NCBI GenBank assembly: GCA_015069385.1
Contig: SVIS01000005.1
Coordinates: 627 to 64,626, forward strand
Reading direction: 5' to 3'
Origin: Clostridiales bacterium
GTDB taxonomy: Bacteria > Bacillota > Clostridia > Christensenellales > UBA1242
Length of the DNA: 64,000 bases
Part shown: piece after piece, positions 1 through 10,889 of the stretch
How positions within the stretch are numbered: the stretch's first letter is position 1
Layout: each line of letters begins with the position of its first letter
Notes under the pieces: model-generated
Database searches by the model: none
The model's input: only the letters and a program-made list of their open reading frames with translations
Told to the model about the DNA's origin: nothing
Made by a program: the position numbers and the translations under genes

Positions 1-399
1 AACATCTTTATTGGCTTGTTCCTTTAAATCGTATACTTCTATTATACGTTTTTCTATAGTTTTTACATTTGCTGGTTTATTAATATAATAACTAACTCCA
101 AGTGAAATTGCTTTAGAAATAAAACCTTCGTGAGCAAGTGCCGAAACAGCAATTAATTTTGGACACTTTTCTTTCATAGTCTGCTTTAATTTTTCAATAA
201 GAACAAATCCATCTAAACCAGGTAGTACAATATCAAAAATTAGAATGTCTGGCATTAAAACTTGTATTTCGTTAAGTGCCACTTCGCCATCGGCACTATG
301 ACCTACGACCTCAATTTGGTCGACATTTAATATATCTTGAACAAGCTCATCTTTAAGCTCGCTGTTATCTGCTATGTATAATTTAATTTTGTTATTCAT
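1..399 (-). CDS. spo0A: Spo0A-like response regulator, N-terminal receiver domain (truncated by window edge)
   Basis: Manual translation MNNKIKLYIADNSEL...GEVALNEIQVLMPDILIFDIVLPGLDGFVLIEKL...SALAHEGFISKAISLGVSYYINKP; AGGAG RBS; resembles the Spo0A receiver domain. Confidence 0.75.
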   Translation of the reverse strand, partial: MNNKIKLYIADNSELKDELVQDILNVDQIEVVGHSADGEVALNEIQVLMPDILIFDIVLPGLDGFVLIEKLKQTMKEKCPKLIAVSALAHEGFISKAISLGVSYYINKPANVKTIEKRIIEVYDLKEQANKDV

Positions 400-606
400 G
401 AGTGACTCCTATCTTTTTAATACATGGAAATGTTAGCACCAAAGAACATTAAAAAGCGAATGAAATAAATAGCGAAAACAATAATAAAAAGTAATTTTTG
501 TAAAAAATATACATAATATTGTCGAATATGTGGAAAACTAAATGTTTTTTGAAAAAGTTTTTCTTTTTTTAGAAGGCAAAATTTCAGTATTTTTGGCAAA
601 GTTTTT

Positions 607-634
607 CACCTAATTAAAATTTTTGGCATATAAG
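607..634 (+). promoter_or_regulatory. Putative sigmaK-type promoter
   Basis: CACC-N16-CATATAAG just upstream of the ORF at 643. Confidence 0.4.
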
Positions 635-642
635 TTAAGCAT

Positions 643-1191
643 ATGGATAATATAAATAAAAAAGCCGAGTCACAAAAAGGCAATTTATATACTGAGTATA
701 ATGATTATGAAATTATGTCACCAGAAGTTATGGAGAAAATTGCCAAACGATATTCAAAGCAAATTGCCTTAATAGAAGATTCTTGTCCTATTAATTTTGA
801 TGAAATTTATTTACTATTAAAAGAAAATTGTAGAATTTTTTATTCTGTTCTTGAATATTTTCAACGAAAAAATAAATCACAAAACTATTATATAATTCAA
901 AAAATATTATTAAAATGCGAAAATATTCAAAATTTAATAAAACCTTATTGTACTACTATAGTTAATACAAAAAATAAAACCATTACAAAAAGTTTGCCAG
1001 TTTGCATAATTAATTTTGTAAATATAGTCAATAAAATTTTATTTAATGATTGTAACAAAAAAATTCAAAATTTTGTATTATTAGACAAAAATAGTCAAAA
1101 TACAACAAAAAAAGAGCAATTATTACATATTAATATGAAACTAGTTCATATTTGTCTTGATAGCATTGTTGACCTGCAAACAATTAATTAA
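643..1191 (+). CDS. Hypothetical protein, possibly sporulation-expressed
   Basis: 182 aa ORF with no recognisable motif; sigmaK-like promoter upstream. Confidence 0.5.
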   Translation: MDNINKKAESQKGNLYTEYNDYEIMSPEVMEKIAKRYSKQIALIEDSCPINFDEIYLLLKENCRIFYSVLEYFQRKNKSQNYYIIQKILLKCENIQNLIKPYCTTIVNTKNKTITKSLPVCIINFVNIVNKILFNDCNKKIQNFVLLDKNSQNTTKKEQLLHINMKLVHICLDSIVDLQTIN

Positions 1192-1267
1192 ATAATATTT
1201 TAAATTTAACATATTTAAGTTGAGATATCTTTACATTTTATTTTATTAAAAAAGATTAAGTTTTACC

Positions 1268-2305
1268 TTAATCTTCTTTTTTATCTTCATTATTTATTTG
1301 TGAATTAAAATCTGTTTGTAATAAATTATTAATTTCTTGCTTTTCTTGTTTTTTTGCTACAAGCCAAGTAATTAAAATAATTATTGCAGCACCTACCAGT
1401 GCAGTTATATACCAAACCCATCTATTAGCCGAAATTGTCCAATATTCAAACTGTACACGTTCGCCGTCTGGCAAGTTTGAATTATTTGCTGAAATTTCCC
1501 AAATATGATAATAATAACCATCTTGATGAATTATTGCATCGGCATTGCTATGAAGCCTTGCTGTTGGAACAATATAAGTATAGGTAAAAGTTTCTTTACT
1601 ATTATCATAACCTACCGCAAGTTTAACTGAATCCCAACGGGCTTGAGCATTTTCAATATCTTGTGCTGTAGCATTTTGACCTGCAAGGACTGAAACAATA
1701 GTATCTTGAAACCTGTTTGCCATAGTAGTGCCAAGAGTTAACGACTCATTTACCATATTATCAAAAACAGGGTCTTTTATTACTTTAGAAATTGTTGTAA
1801 AAAAATGATTTTCTTCAACAATTTCTTTTTCTTCTTTTAAAATTTCGTTTGCATTTTTAAATTCTAGATAACATGTTTTGTTTGAAAAATACAATTCATA
1901 TTGAATATACGAAATAACATTTCGTGTGGTTACTTGACCATTTGGACCAATTGTTATTTGCGTAGATTGTGCATAATTAAATGAACTGTCATAATTTACA
2001 CCGTCTAAAAGAATTTGTTTTTGTTCATCTGTGTAATCTTCACTTGCAATAACTCGTGCTTTATAGGCATTAATATAATTAGCAAACAAATCGTTTAAAG
2101 TAGATTTTGCTGTTAATTTTATTGTTTCAGATTCTTCCCATGTTATGCCAGCCTCAACGAGTTCAGTTTCGGCATATGGAATATAGTAAAACTCTACAAC
2201 TGAGCCATCAGCATTTTGAACCAAACCAACAGTTGCAACATCTGTACAACCAGCAAATATGAAACAAACACAAAGAAGCAAAAAAACTAAAAATTTTTTC
2301 ATCAA
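1268..2305 (-). CDS. Putative lipoprotein with C-terminal TM anchor
   Basis: Lipobox FAGC after a signal peptide; C-terminal hydrophobic helix followed by a charged tail. Confidence 0.7.
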   Translation of the reverse strand: MMKKFLVFLLLCVCFIFAGCTDVATVGLVQNADGSVVEFYYIPYAETELVEAGITWEESETIKLTAKSTLNDLFANYINAYKARVIASEDYTDEQKQILLDGVNYDSSFNYAQSTQITIGPNGQVTTRNVISYIQYELYFSNKTCYLEFKNANEILKEEKEIVEENHFFTTISKVIKDPVFDNMVNESLTLGTTMANRFQDTIVSVLAGQNATAQDIENAQARWDSVKLAVGYDNSKETFTYTYIVPTARLHSNADAIIHQDGYYYHIWEISANNSNLPDGERVQFEYWTISANRWVWYITALVGAAIIILITWLVAKKQEKQEINNLLQTDFNSQINNEDKKED

Positions 2306-2344
2306 TGCTATTATATTCCTTTTAACTGAATTTAATGTTAATTT

Positions 2345-3721
2345 TTAATATTCACAATTGTTTGGTGTTCTAGGGAATGGAAGAACATCACGTATATTTC
2401 CTGCGCCTGTTACATACATAACCAAACGCTCAAAACCAATTCCAAAACCACTATGAATGCAAGAACCATATTTTCTTAAATTCATATACCACCAATAATC
2501 TTGCTCTTTTAAACCGACTTCATTAATACGATTTGCAAGTTTTGTATAGTCTTCTTCTCTTTGACTACCACCACAAAGTTCACCTATTCCAGGCACTACA
2601 AGGTCACATGCACGTACCGTTTTACCATCATCATTTTGTTTCATATAAAATGCTTTAATATCTTTTGGATAGTCAGTAATAAACACAGGGCAGCCAAAAA
2701 CTGTTTCAGCCATATAACGTTCATGCTCGGTTTGAATATCAATACCCCATTCTACCTTATATTGGAAGTTATCGTTATTCTTTTTCATAAGTTCAATGGC
2801 ATCAGTATATGTTATTCTGCCGAATTTTGAATTACGAACATTATTTAATTTTTCGATTAAAGTTTTATCTACAAAATTATTTAATAATTCAAGTTCGTTT
2901 TTGCATGTATCGAAAATGTGATTAATAATAAACTTAATCATTTCTTCTTCTAAATCCATAAGATCATCTAAATCTGCAAAGCAAACTTCTGGCTCTATCA
3001 TCCAAAACTCGTTTGCGTGGCGAGTTGTATTGCTATTTTCTGCCCTAAATGTTGGACCAAAAGTATAGATTTTACCAAATGCTTGAGCAAAACATTCACC
3101 CTCTAATTGTCCGGTAGGGGTTAAATAAACAGGTTTGCCAAAAAGTTCATCTTTAGCATTTAGTTTATCTTTTCCGTAAATTTCTTGTGTAGTCACTCTA
3201 AAAAGTTGACTACCTCCCTCGCAGTCGCTGGCTGTTAAAATTGGAGTATGTGCGTAAACAAAGCCTTTTTCATGGAAAAATTTATGAATAGCAAAAGCAC
3301 ATTCACTTCTTACTCTAAAAATTGCATTAAACATGTTTGTTCTTGGTCTAAGATAAGCAATTTCTCGCAAATATTCTACACTAGCACGCTTTTTTTGAAT
3401 AGGATAGGTTTCATCAGTTGCTTGAAAAACTTGAACCTGCTCGGCTTTAATTTCAAATGGTTGTTTATTTTGTGGTGTTAAAACTAAAGAACCTTTAACA
3501 TAAACAGTGCTACCCATGTTTAGTTTTACAACTTCATCAAAATTATTTAAAACATTTTTTTCTAAAACCACTTGTGCGTTTTTCAAACAAGTTCCATCAT
3601 TTACCTCTAAAAAGCCAAAAACTTTGCTATCACGTGTTGTACGCACCCAGCCTTTAATTAATACCTTTTCGCCATCTGCCACTTTTAAATTATATAACTC
3701 TTTAATATCAGTCTTTTCCAT
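2345..3721 (-). CDS. asnS: Asparagine--tRNA ligase
   Basis: OB fold GWVRT; motif 2 FRAENSNTTRHANEFWMIEPE; GELCGGSQRE; GFGIGFER; PFPR. Confidence 0.97.
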   Translation of the reverse strand: MEKTDIKELYNLKVADGEKVLIKGWVRTTRDSKVFGFLEVNDGTCLKNAQVVLEKNVLNNFDEVVKLNMGSTVYVKGSLVLTPQNKQPFEIKAEQVQVFQATDETYPIQKKRASVEYLREIAYLRPRTNMFNAIFRVRSECAFAIHKFFHEKGFVYAHTPILTASDCEGGSQLFRVTTQEIYGKDKLNAKDELFGKPVYLTPTGQLEGECFAQAFGKIYTFGPTFRAENSNTTRHANEFWMIEPEVCFADLDDLMDLEEEMIKFIINHIFDTCKNELELLNNFVDKTLIEKLNNVRNSKFGRITYTDAIELMKKNNDNFQYKVEWGIDIQTEHERYMAETVFGCPVFITDYPKDIKAFYMKQNDDGKTVRACDLVVPGIGELCGGSQREEDYTKLANRINEVGLKEQDYWWYMNLRKYGSCIHSGFGIGFERLVMYVTGAGNIRDVLPFPRTPNNCEY

Positions 3722-3880
3722 AATGCTCCTAAAAATTTAAATTTACAAAAAGCATTTTAGCACATTGAGATAAAAAAAGAAAATATTAAAGCAAATTTTT
3801 TAAAACTTATTTTATTATTTTTTAAAAGGTTTGCTAAAAATATAAATTTAGTGCAAACTATGTAAAATAAAGGAAATATT

Positions 3881-4840
3881 ATGGATATTTTTTTAGCAAT
3901 TTTAATTTTAATTGGCTCATTTATTCTTATTTTAATTGGCGGAAACAAACTTGTAGATTCTGCTGTTGCAATAGCACACAAATTTAATATTCCAACGGCG
4001 GTTATTGGTGCAACACTTGTAAGCATTGGCACTACTATTCCAGAAATTTTGGTAACAATTTTTTCAGTTTCAAGCGAGGCTGGCGATATTGCAATTGGTA
4101 ACTCTCTTGGTACGGTAATTTTTAATGCCTGCATGCTCGGTGGAATACTTTTTTGTTTTAGCAAAATAAAATTAAGAAAAGGTTGGCATATTGATTATGT
4201 AATTTTAATAACCTCGGCCACATTATTATTTTTACTATCTTTTGATAAAAGATTAAGTATTGGTGCTTCACTTGCCATGCTTTTGATATTTGTTCTTTTT
4301 ATAATTATAAATTTTCTAGAGGCTCGCAAACACCCCGTACAATCTGATGACCAGCCACCTAAGCACTCTGTTTGGATTTATTTATTAATGTTTGTGTTAT
4401 CGGCAGCAGCAGTTGGCGCAGGCGCATATTTTTTAGTTCAAAAAGCAACTTACCTAGCAGAACTTGCAGGGCTTTCGGATATTTTTATTGGGCTTACAAT
4501 AATTGCCTTTGGAACCTCCATGCCAGAACTTATTACAACTATTAATGCTATAAGAAAGAAAAAACCAAGATTGGTTATTGGCAACTTGGTTGGCGCAAAC
4601 ATTTTAAACCTTACTTTAATTATTGGGCTAGTTGGAATTTTAACTGGTGGCACAACTGCTATTTCTAACGCAACATTATATGTAACTATGCCATTTGCCA
4701 TTATTGCTACACTTGTTATGCTACTTCCACCAATTATTAAAAACCGCTCTTATAAGTGGCAAGGCTTTGTACTTTTGGCTCTATTTGTAATTTACTATAC
4801 TTACTTAATTTTAAATGCTATTGGTATTTTAGTTATATAA
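3881..4840 (+). CDS. Calcium/sodium antiporter (CaCA/YrbG family)
   Basis: Two alpha-repeat motifs, GTTIPE...GNSLG and GTSMPE...GNLVGAN; about 10 TM helices. Confidence 0.92.
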   Translation: MDIFLAILILIGSFILILIGGNKLVDSAVAIAHKFNIPTAVIGATLVSIGTTIPEILVTIFSVSSEAGDIAIGNSLGTVIFNACMLGGILFCFSKIKLRKGWHIDYVILITSATLLFLLSFDKRLSIGASLAMLLIFVLFIIINFLEARKHPVQSDDQPPKHSVWIYLLMFVLSAAAVGAGAYFLVQKATYLAELAGLSDIFIGLTIIAFGTSMPELITTINAIRKKKPRLVIGNLVGANILNLTLIIGLVGILTGGTTAISNATLYVTMPFAIIATLVMLLPPIIKNRSYKWQGFVLLALFVIYYTYLILNAIGILVI

Positions 4841-4968
4841 ACATTATAATTGGTTGCTTATTCAACAAAAACATAAAATTAGCGACAAAAAATATTGAAC
4901 AAAAGTTTGTCTTGTTTTAAAAAAGATGCTAGAATGTGCTTGTTATAAATATTTAAGGAGATAAAATT

Positions 4969-5343
4969 ATGGCATGGTATTATTGGGTAATTGTTCTTGG
5001 TGTTCTTGCACTAATGTATGTAATGTTAATTGTTCGTCAAAAAAGACAAGAAAAACAAAGCAAACAAATTATGGAGTCTTTTAAAGTTGGCGATAAGGTT
5101 ATAACTCACATTGGCATTTACGGCAAAATTAAACGCATATATAATACTACTTATGGTAAAGTTTGTGTTCTAGAAATTGGTACACTTGATAAGATTGACA
5201 TTGAAGTAGATATGCGTTATATTGCTGGAATTGATGAAAAAACAGCGGTGGCAGACGAAGAGCCTACAAAGCCCGAAGAGCAAAAACAAGAAGAACAAAA
5301 AACTGAAGAAGTACAAGAAAAAAAATCTAAAAAGAAAAACTAA
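4969..5343 (+). CDS. yajC: Preprotein translocase subunit YajC
   Basis: N-terminal TM, RQKRQEK, VGDKVITHIGIYGKI. Confidence 0.9.
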   Translation: MAWYYWVIVLGVLALMYVMLIVRQKRQEKQSKQIMESFKVGDKVITHIGIYGKIKRIYNTTYGKVCVLEIGTLDKIDIEVDMRYIAGIDEKTAVADEEPTKPEEQKQEEQKTEEVQEKKSKKKN

Positions 5344-5372
5344 AAAATACTAGGCAAATGCCTAGTATTTTT
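5343..5372. terminator. Bidirectional intrinsic terminator
   Basis: AAAAATACTAGGCA-AA-TGCCTAGTATTTTT between convergent genes. Confidence 0.8.
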
Positions 5373-6357
5373 AATTTAATTCAAAACTAAGAACATATTT
5401 TTCTCTAGTTCTAGTAACAAACTTATATTTATTACAAGCAGATTCAAATAATACATTTACTCTGCCAGATTCGTAGTCAAGGCCTTCACTCATACTAGGA
5501 GCAATTATGGTTTTGTTTAAATTATTAGAACAAAGAACATAAAGAGGTAATGTTTGTAAACCAAGAGCAATTTCACCATTTAATATAGGCGCATCATAAA
5601 CAAATATTTTAGAATCCGGTATAGAATAAGAAGTAGACACTACAACTTTGCCACTATTAGTTATACAAATGCCTTGTGCTTGGTCTGGCACGGATATTGC
5701 AAAACTTGCCGAAGTGCTTTGTATTCCGTGCAAGCAATTTTCATCTATATTAAAAGCAAATGCTATAGCGTGATTGGTTTCATTTTCATTAATGCTTACA
5801 TAATGTGATTGATCTACCTCATAGTTGCCTGCTCTATAAAATTCACCTATATATAATATGTTGTTGCTAGCATAACAAAAATCAGTATTAATGCCTACCT
5901 CAAATGCACTTTTTGCATTTATTGTATGTTGATTTTCATATGTAATAAAGTCGTTTAAATCAAAACAAAACAAATAACCATCAGTAACTAACCAAACAGT
6001 TTGACCTTGCATTGCAATGCCACAAAAATGACCTTTATTTAAATTTGTGCTTAAAGTGTTTATGTAAAAATATTTAACATCACCCGTTTGCTTATTTACA
6101 TAATATATGCGAGAGTTTAAGGAAGTATCTTTCATATACCCGCTAATTAAATAACTATTTGTATTATCAATTATGCACATGCCCTGCGGAGTAAAACCAT
6201 CACTAAGCCCCGGAATTTCAATTTCTTTTTGAGAATAATTATAAAATTCATAAGTTTTGCCAAAATAATAAAAAACTACCGCTCCAGATAAAATAATAAA
6301 AATTGATAAAATAATTATTAATACTTTTATTTTCTTTTTTGCTTTTGTGTTTTCCAT
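5371..6357 (-). CDS. Membrane-anchored hypothetical protein, possible beta-propeller
   Basis: N-terminal TM; repeated PQG/AQG/SEG beta-strand motifs. Confidence 0.6.
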   Translation of the reverse strand: MENTKAKKKIKVLIIILSIFIILSGAVVFYYFGKTYEFYNYSQKEIEIPGLSDGFTPQGMCIIDNTNSYLISGYMKDTSLNSRIYYVNKQTGDVKYFYINTLSTNLNKGHFCGIAMQGQTVWLVTDGYLFCFDLNDFITYENQHTINAKSAFEVGINTDFCYASNNILYIGEFYRAGNYEVDQSHYVSINENETNHAIAFAFNIDENCLHGIQSTSASFAISVPDQAQGICITNSGKVVVSTSYSIPDSKIFVYDAPILNGEIALGLQTLPLYVLCSNNLNKTIIAPSMSEGLDYESGRVNVLFESACNKYKFVTRTREKYVLSFELN

Positions 6358-6600
6358 AAAATTTCCTTAATTGTTAATTTATATATATTTTAACATAAAA
6401 TATAAAAACATGGAAATTATTTAAATAATTATTTTTTTGACAAAAATATTGTCTTTAAAAATAAAATAAAAAAATATTTAAAATTTAATAAAAATTGCTT
6501 TGCTTTTAAAAAATAATGTGATAATATATGTTTGTAACAAATTAGTAGGAATATTAAAAATATTTCTGCAAAAGATAAAATTAAATATTGGAGGTTTATT

Positions 6601-6954
6601 ATGAATTTAATTTTAGCAAAAATGAGTAACCTTATGTTTGGTGCTAGCCAACTAGTTAGAGACCCTGTTACAGGTGAAAAAGATTTAGGCGATTTCAACT
6701 GGGTTTATGACATTGTTGACGTTATTAATGCAGTTATGTGGCCACTTTTAATTATTGTTGCTGCAGCAGGCACCATTTATGCCGTTGTATTAGGTGTAAA
6801 TATGGCAAGGGCTGACTCTACTGAAAAAAGAGAAGAAGCTAAAAAACGTGTTATCAACGTATTAGTTGGTATGGCAATTATTGTTGGTTTAGTTCTATTA
6901 TTAAAATTATTCATAAGCCAATTACCAAATTGGATTCCAACACCAGAAGCTTAA
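6601..6954 (+). CDS. VirB2/TrbC-like pilin (Mbov_0395-like conjugal transfer protein)
   Basis: Two TM helices flanking ARADSTEKREEAKKR, the typical pattern of this pilin family; GGAGG RBS. Confidence 0.75.
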   Translation: MNLILAKMSNLMFGASQLVRDPVTGEKDLGDFNWVYDIVDVINAVMWPLLIIVAAAGTIYAVVLGVNMARADSTEKREEAKKRVINVLVGMAIIVGLVLLLKLFISQLPNWIPTPEA

Positions 6955-6973
6955 TATTTAATTTTATAATTTT

Positions 6974-7003
6974 AACCCCCTTTGGTTTTTCAAAGGGGGT
7001 TTT
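6974..7003 (+). terminator. Intrinsic terminator after pilin gene
   Basis: AACCCCCTTTG-loop-CAAAGGGGGTT followed by T-tract. Confidence 0.8.
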
Positions 7004-7116
7004 GTTTATAATTATTTATTTTTTATAATCTTATTTAATTTTAATACACTTTTTTTAAAAAAAGTATGTACAAATAAATACTTTTTTGGTATACTAAGTG
7101 TATATAGGAGATTCTT

Positions 7117-9342
7117 ATGATAAATTCTTTGATGCTTTTTAATATAGGAAAATATTTAGGGGGCATTTTTTCAATTATTCCTAAAATGCTTTACTTTATT
7201 GTTTCCGCTATTTTGTCATTAATAGATTTGTGTCAAGTGTCGTTTAGAAAAATGGCTGGTCTTGACCCAATTATTATAGATGGTGAGCCTTACATTGGCG
7301 ACTCTGTTTATAAATTAATAACCGATGCACTTTTTGGTGGAAAATATCCGGCAGTTAAAACTGTATTTTGGGCAATAATAATTTTGGGTATTGCAATGCT
7401 GTTTATTACTTCACTTATTGCAGTAATTAGGCTTGAATATAATCCTGATAAAGAAAAAGGCAATTCTAAGGCAGGTGTTATTAAAAATTTCTTTAAAGCA
7501 CTTTTCTCTTTTGCTATTGTTCCTATTGCTTGTCTTTTTGGTATGTTTTTAGCAAACTCACTTGTTGGAATCATTGACTCAGCAACTGCTCAAGTAACCA
7601 CCCCATCAACCGATGTTGTTAAATATTACGACAAATGGTCCGCCTCGGATAGCAATCAAGACTCCATTTTTGCAGACAACGCAAATTTAAATGCAAGAGA
7701 TAGTTCTTATATGGCCTATAACATATTTGGTCTTTCAATTCCAACAACTAGCGAACCTTTTAGTGGAATTGTATTTAGGGCTTGTGCTTATGGAAGCAAT
7801 CGTATAAGAAATAATAATGATTTTTATTTACTTGCACAAAACAAACAAATTTTAGGTTTTATGGACCAAATTGATAAACAAGAAGATGCCGCAAATTTAA
7901 TTGATACTGGCTTTGCAATAAATGCAAAACTAAAAGGTACTTTTAATTTACCTAAAGATGATTTTGATAGTTTCTTCTTTGACTGTTCAGAATGGATTGA
8001 TTTTGGTGTTTGGAAATACACTGGAATAACTGAACTTAGCAAATATAATGTTGATGCAGTTTATTTCTTCTATAACTTATGGTCATTTAACTATATAATT
8101 GCTTTTGTTGCCGTACTAAGCATTGGAAAAATGTTCTTTAACTTTGTACTATACTTAATGCAAAGAATGTTTGAGATTTTAGGCTTATTCTTAATTTCAC
8201 CAATTGCTATTGGTTTAATGCCATTAGATGGTGGCGATGCTCTTAAAAATTGGCGAACGCAATTTGTAATAAAGTTTGCACTATTAATTATTATGGTATT
8301 ATCGTTTAACCTTATTACTCCACTTATATCTATTGCACAAAACATTAAATTCTTTGGTGTTGCAATAATTGATTATATTGTTCAAACTTTCTTCTTAGTT
8401 GCAGCATTCAATTCAATTTCTGCTCTTCAATCAATATTAACTAAAATATTTACTGGTGATGAAAAGAACTTTAACCAAGTTGGTGCAGCAGCACAAGGTA
8501 TTCAATCTTCATTTAATGCCGGTCTTGGTGCAGCAGCATCTACTGCTAAGTTTGCAACAAAAATATCACCTGTTGGAATTGGTGCTTGGGCTACAGGAAA
8601 AGCGGCAAAAGCAGCATTTAATGCTCCAGCAAAATCTAAGGCTAAAAATGAAGCCCTTGAACGTAAAGAAGTCCAAGACCAAATCAAATTTGGTAACAAA
8701 GCAGATGGTGACTTTACAGATGCTGATATTACTAGCAAGTGGGGCGGTTTGGCCGGTGCTGGTGCAGGTGGTAACAAAAATGATGCAAGAGGTTTAAATA
8801 CTGTAAATGATTTCTTAGGCACTTCAGAAGGTCAAGACTTTATTAATAAATACTATGGTGGTAATAAAACTAAAGCTCAACGTGCTTTAAGAGGTACTCA
8901 TGGTCAAGATGTTACTGATGTTGATGCAATGAGACAATATGAAAGTTACTTACACGATAAAGAACAATTTGATAAATCTTCAGAGGCTGCTAAGCATGGT
9001 GTTGGAACTTCGGCTTATTGGGCAGAACTTGAAAAATATAGACAATCATCATTTGATGAAAAAACTGATTACTTTACAGGCTCTAATGCAGGCTTAACTG
9101 CTAGACAAAACCAATTAAAAGCTAAAATTGCAACTGCTGATAGATGGGATAAATCTTGGGGTCGTCAATCTGTTAGATGGGTTGGAAAAACTGCTGGCAA
9201 AGCTGCTCCAGTTGTTAAAAAAGTTGGTGCTGCCGGTGGCAAAATGCTTAAACCTATTGGTGGATTACTTTCAACCTTGCCATTTACTGAATTAATTGGT
9301 AACTCATTTAGTGCAATATTTGGTACTAAACCAAAACCATAA
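7117..9342 (+). CDS. VirB6/TrbL-like polytopic T4SS membrane protein (Mbov_0396-like)
   Basis: Multi-TM; QRMFEILGLFLISPIAIGLMPLDGGDALKNW motif; Gly/Ala-rich C-terminal tail; follows the pilin gene. Confidence 0.75.
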   Translation: MINSLMLFNIGKYLGGIFSIIPKMLYFIVSAILSLIDLCQVSFRKMAGLDPIIIDGEPYIGDSVYKLITDALFGGKYPAVKTVFWAIIILGIAMLFITSLIAVIRLEYNPDKEKGNSKAGVIKNFFKALFSFAIVPIACLFGMFLANSLVGIIDSATAQVTTPSTDVVKYYDKWSASDSNQDSIFADNANLNARDSSYMAYNIFGLSIPTTSEPFSGIVFRACAYGSNRIRNNNDFYLLAQNKQILGFMDQIDKQEDAANLIDTGFAINAKLKGTFNLPKDDFDSFFFDCSEWIDFGVWKYTGITELSKYNVDAVYFFYNLWSFNYIIAFVAVLSIGKMFFNFVLYLMQRMFEILGLFLISPIAIGLMPLDGGDALKNWRTQFVIKFALLIIMVLSFNLITPLISIAQNIKFFGVAIIDYIVQTFFLVAAFNSISALQSILTKIFTGDEKNFNQVGAAAQGIQSSFNAGLGAAASTAKFATKISPVGIGAWATGKAAKAAFNAPAKSKAKNEALERKEVQDQIKFGNKADGDFTDADITSKWGGLAGAGAGGNKNDARGLNTVNDFLGTSEGQDFINKYYGGNKTKAQRALRGTHGQDVTDVDAMRQYESYLHDKEQFDKSSEAAKHGVGTSAYWAELEKYRQSSFDEKTDYFTGSNAGLTARQNQLKAKIATADRWDKSWGRQSVRWVGKTAGKAAPVVKKVGAAGGKMLKPIGGLLSTLPFTELIGNSFSAIFGTKPKP

Positions 9343-9455
9343 ATATAACAAAAAAATTGAGACAACAAAAGTCTCAATTTTTTTGTTAGGTTTTCCATAT
9401 ACCTTAATGCTTAAAAAAGACCATAAGTTATATGGTCTTTTTTTAAAATACTATA

Positions 9456-10709
9456 TTAATACTCAATAATATAATCAGCAAAGTTATATGTTTGTAAACT
9501 AGACATTTGTAAATAGAAATAATTATTTGCTTTTACATTTTCTAATAACGCCTGAGAAGAATAATCATTTAAAGTATCATTAAAATAGTTGGAATATGCT
9601 CCTGAATTAATTAAACTATGAACACTTGTTGCTGTAGTTAATGCAGTTAAATTTCCAGAGTTTATGGCTTCAAAAGTGGTAATTGTTCTATTTACATCAT
9701 TATATTCTATCCATTTTTCAAGTTCATCATCAACATACCAATCAACCAAAGCCGTTTGTGTTTCACCAATTTGCTCAATTGAACCCGAGCCTGTTTTATG
9801 CTTTATTTGAACTTCCGCACCATAACCACCATCAACTATAAACACATAAGATATACTCTCTAGCATTACTTCTTTTTTGGGCATATAAATATAGCCAACA
9901 TAGTTCTTTTTAGGGACATTTTTAATTGTATCTGATTTGCCATCTAAAATATAATCCCATACAAAATAAGTGCTGTATATTTTAGAATAGTTTGCATAAT
10001 CTGAACCACTAGTTGCATTTTGAACAGCTGTTTCAATATCAGCCTCTGACTTGCCAGAACCCAACCAATTATTGGCAATGGTTGAAGCAACTGAATCTAT
10101 TACTAAAGTCCAATCTTCAGAAGATAAACCAAAGTGTTGTATATTTTCGGCTGCCGAAACTAGTTCTAAATTAGTTGTTTGTGCTAATGCATTAACAAAA
10201 TCTTTTGCAACTAAAGCCGTTGTTTCATCAGTTTTATAGTCAGCAGATAATGTATAAGTTACTAAATTTGCAGTATTATCAACATCATCTAATATTTCAT
10301 AAGAAAGTTTTAAATAATAATCTTCAAGTTCTAAGGCTGCTGCTTGTTTATCTTCATAAATATATCTAGCCCCATAAAAACTATCACCCGCAATGCCATA
10401 CGGTGCAGATATTAATGCATTTTCTTTATCATAAGCATCGTAATCAAATATGCCAAGAATAAGCACAACAATGCCCGCAATTAACGCAATACACAAAAGT
10501 ACAATTAAAACAATTAATAAAATTTTCCAAAACAGAGGATTTTTCATTAATTTAAGAACTGCTTTAGCCGCTTTTTTTATTGCCTTGCCTACCGCCTTTG
10601 CAACTTTTTTAACTGCCTGCCCAACTTTTTGACCAATTTTTTTCGCCGTACCGGCAACTTCGGATAAATTTTGCTGGGTTTCAGAGTTCTGTGGATTTTC
10701 TTCTTCCAT
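9456..10709 (-). CDS. Membrane-anchored hypothetical protein with Lys/Ala amphipathic N-terminus
   Basis: KKVAKAVGKAIKKAAKAV then a long TM helix, as in N-termini of conjugation-associated envelope proteins; acidic extracellular domain. Confidence 0.55.
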   Translation of the reverse strand: MEEENPQNSETQQNLSEVAGTAKKIGQKVGQAVKKVAKAVGKAIKKAAKAVLKLMKNPLFWKILLIVLIVLLCIALIAGIVVLILGIFDYDAYDKENALISAPYGIAGDSFYGARYIYEDKQAAALELEDYYLKLSYEILDDVDNTANLVTYTLSADYKTDETTALVAKDFVNALAQTTNLELVSAAENIQHFGLSSEDWTLVIDSVASTIANNWLGSGKSEADIETAVQNATSGSDYANYSKIYSTYFVWDYILDGKSDTIKNVPKKNYVGYIYMPKKEVMLESISYVFIVDGGYGAEVQIKHKTGSGSIEQIGETQTALVDWYVDDELEKWIEYNDVNRTITTFEAINSGNLTALTTATSVHSLINSGAYSNYFNDTLNDYSSQALLENVKANNYFYLQMSSLQTYNFADYIIEY

Positions 10710-10889
10710 GCAAGTACTCCTTTTAACATAAATTACATGTTAATTTATGTGATTTTAATATTATTTATTTTAGTATATCATTAATTATAAATAAAATCAA
10801 CCATAAGAAAACACTCTCTTAGTTAGTATTATTATTGCGTTTCTAAACAAAAACACACATGCTAATATAAGTATGTGTGTTTATTGAAA

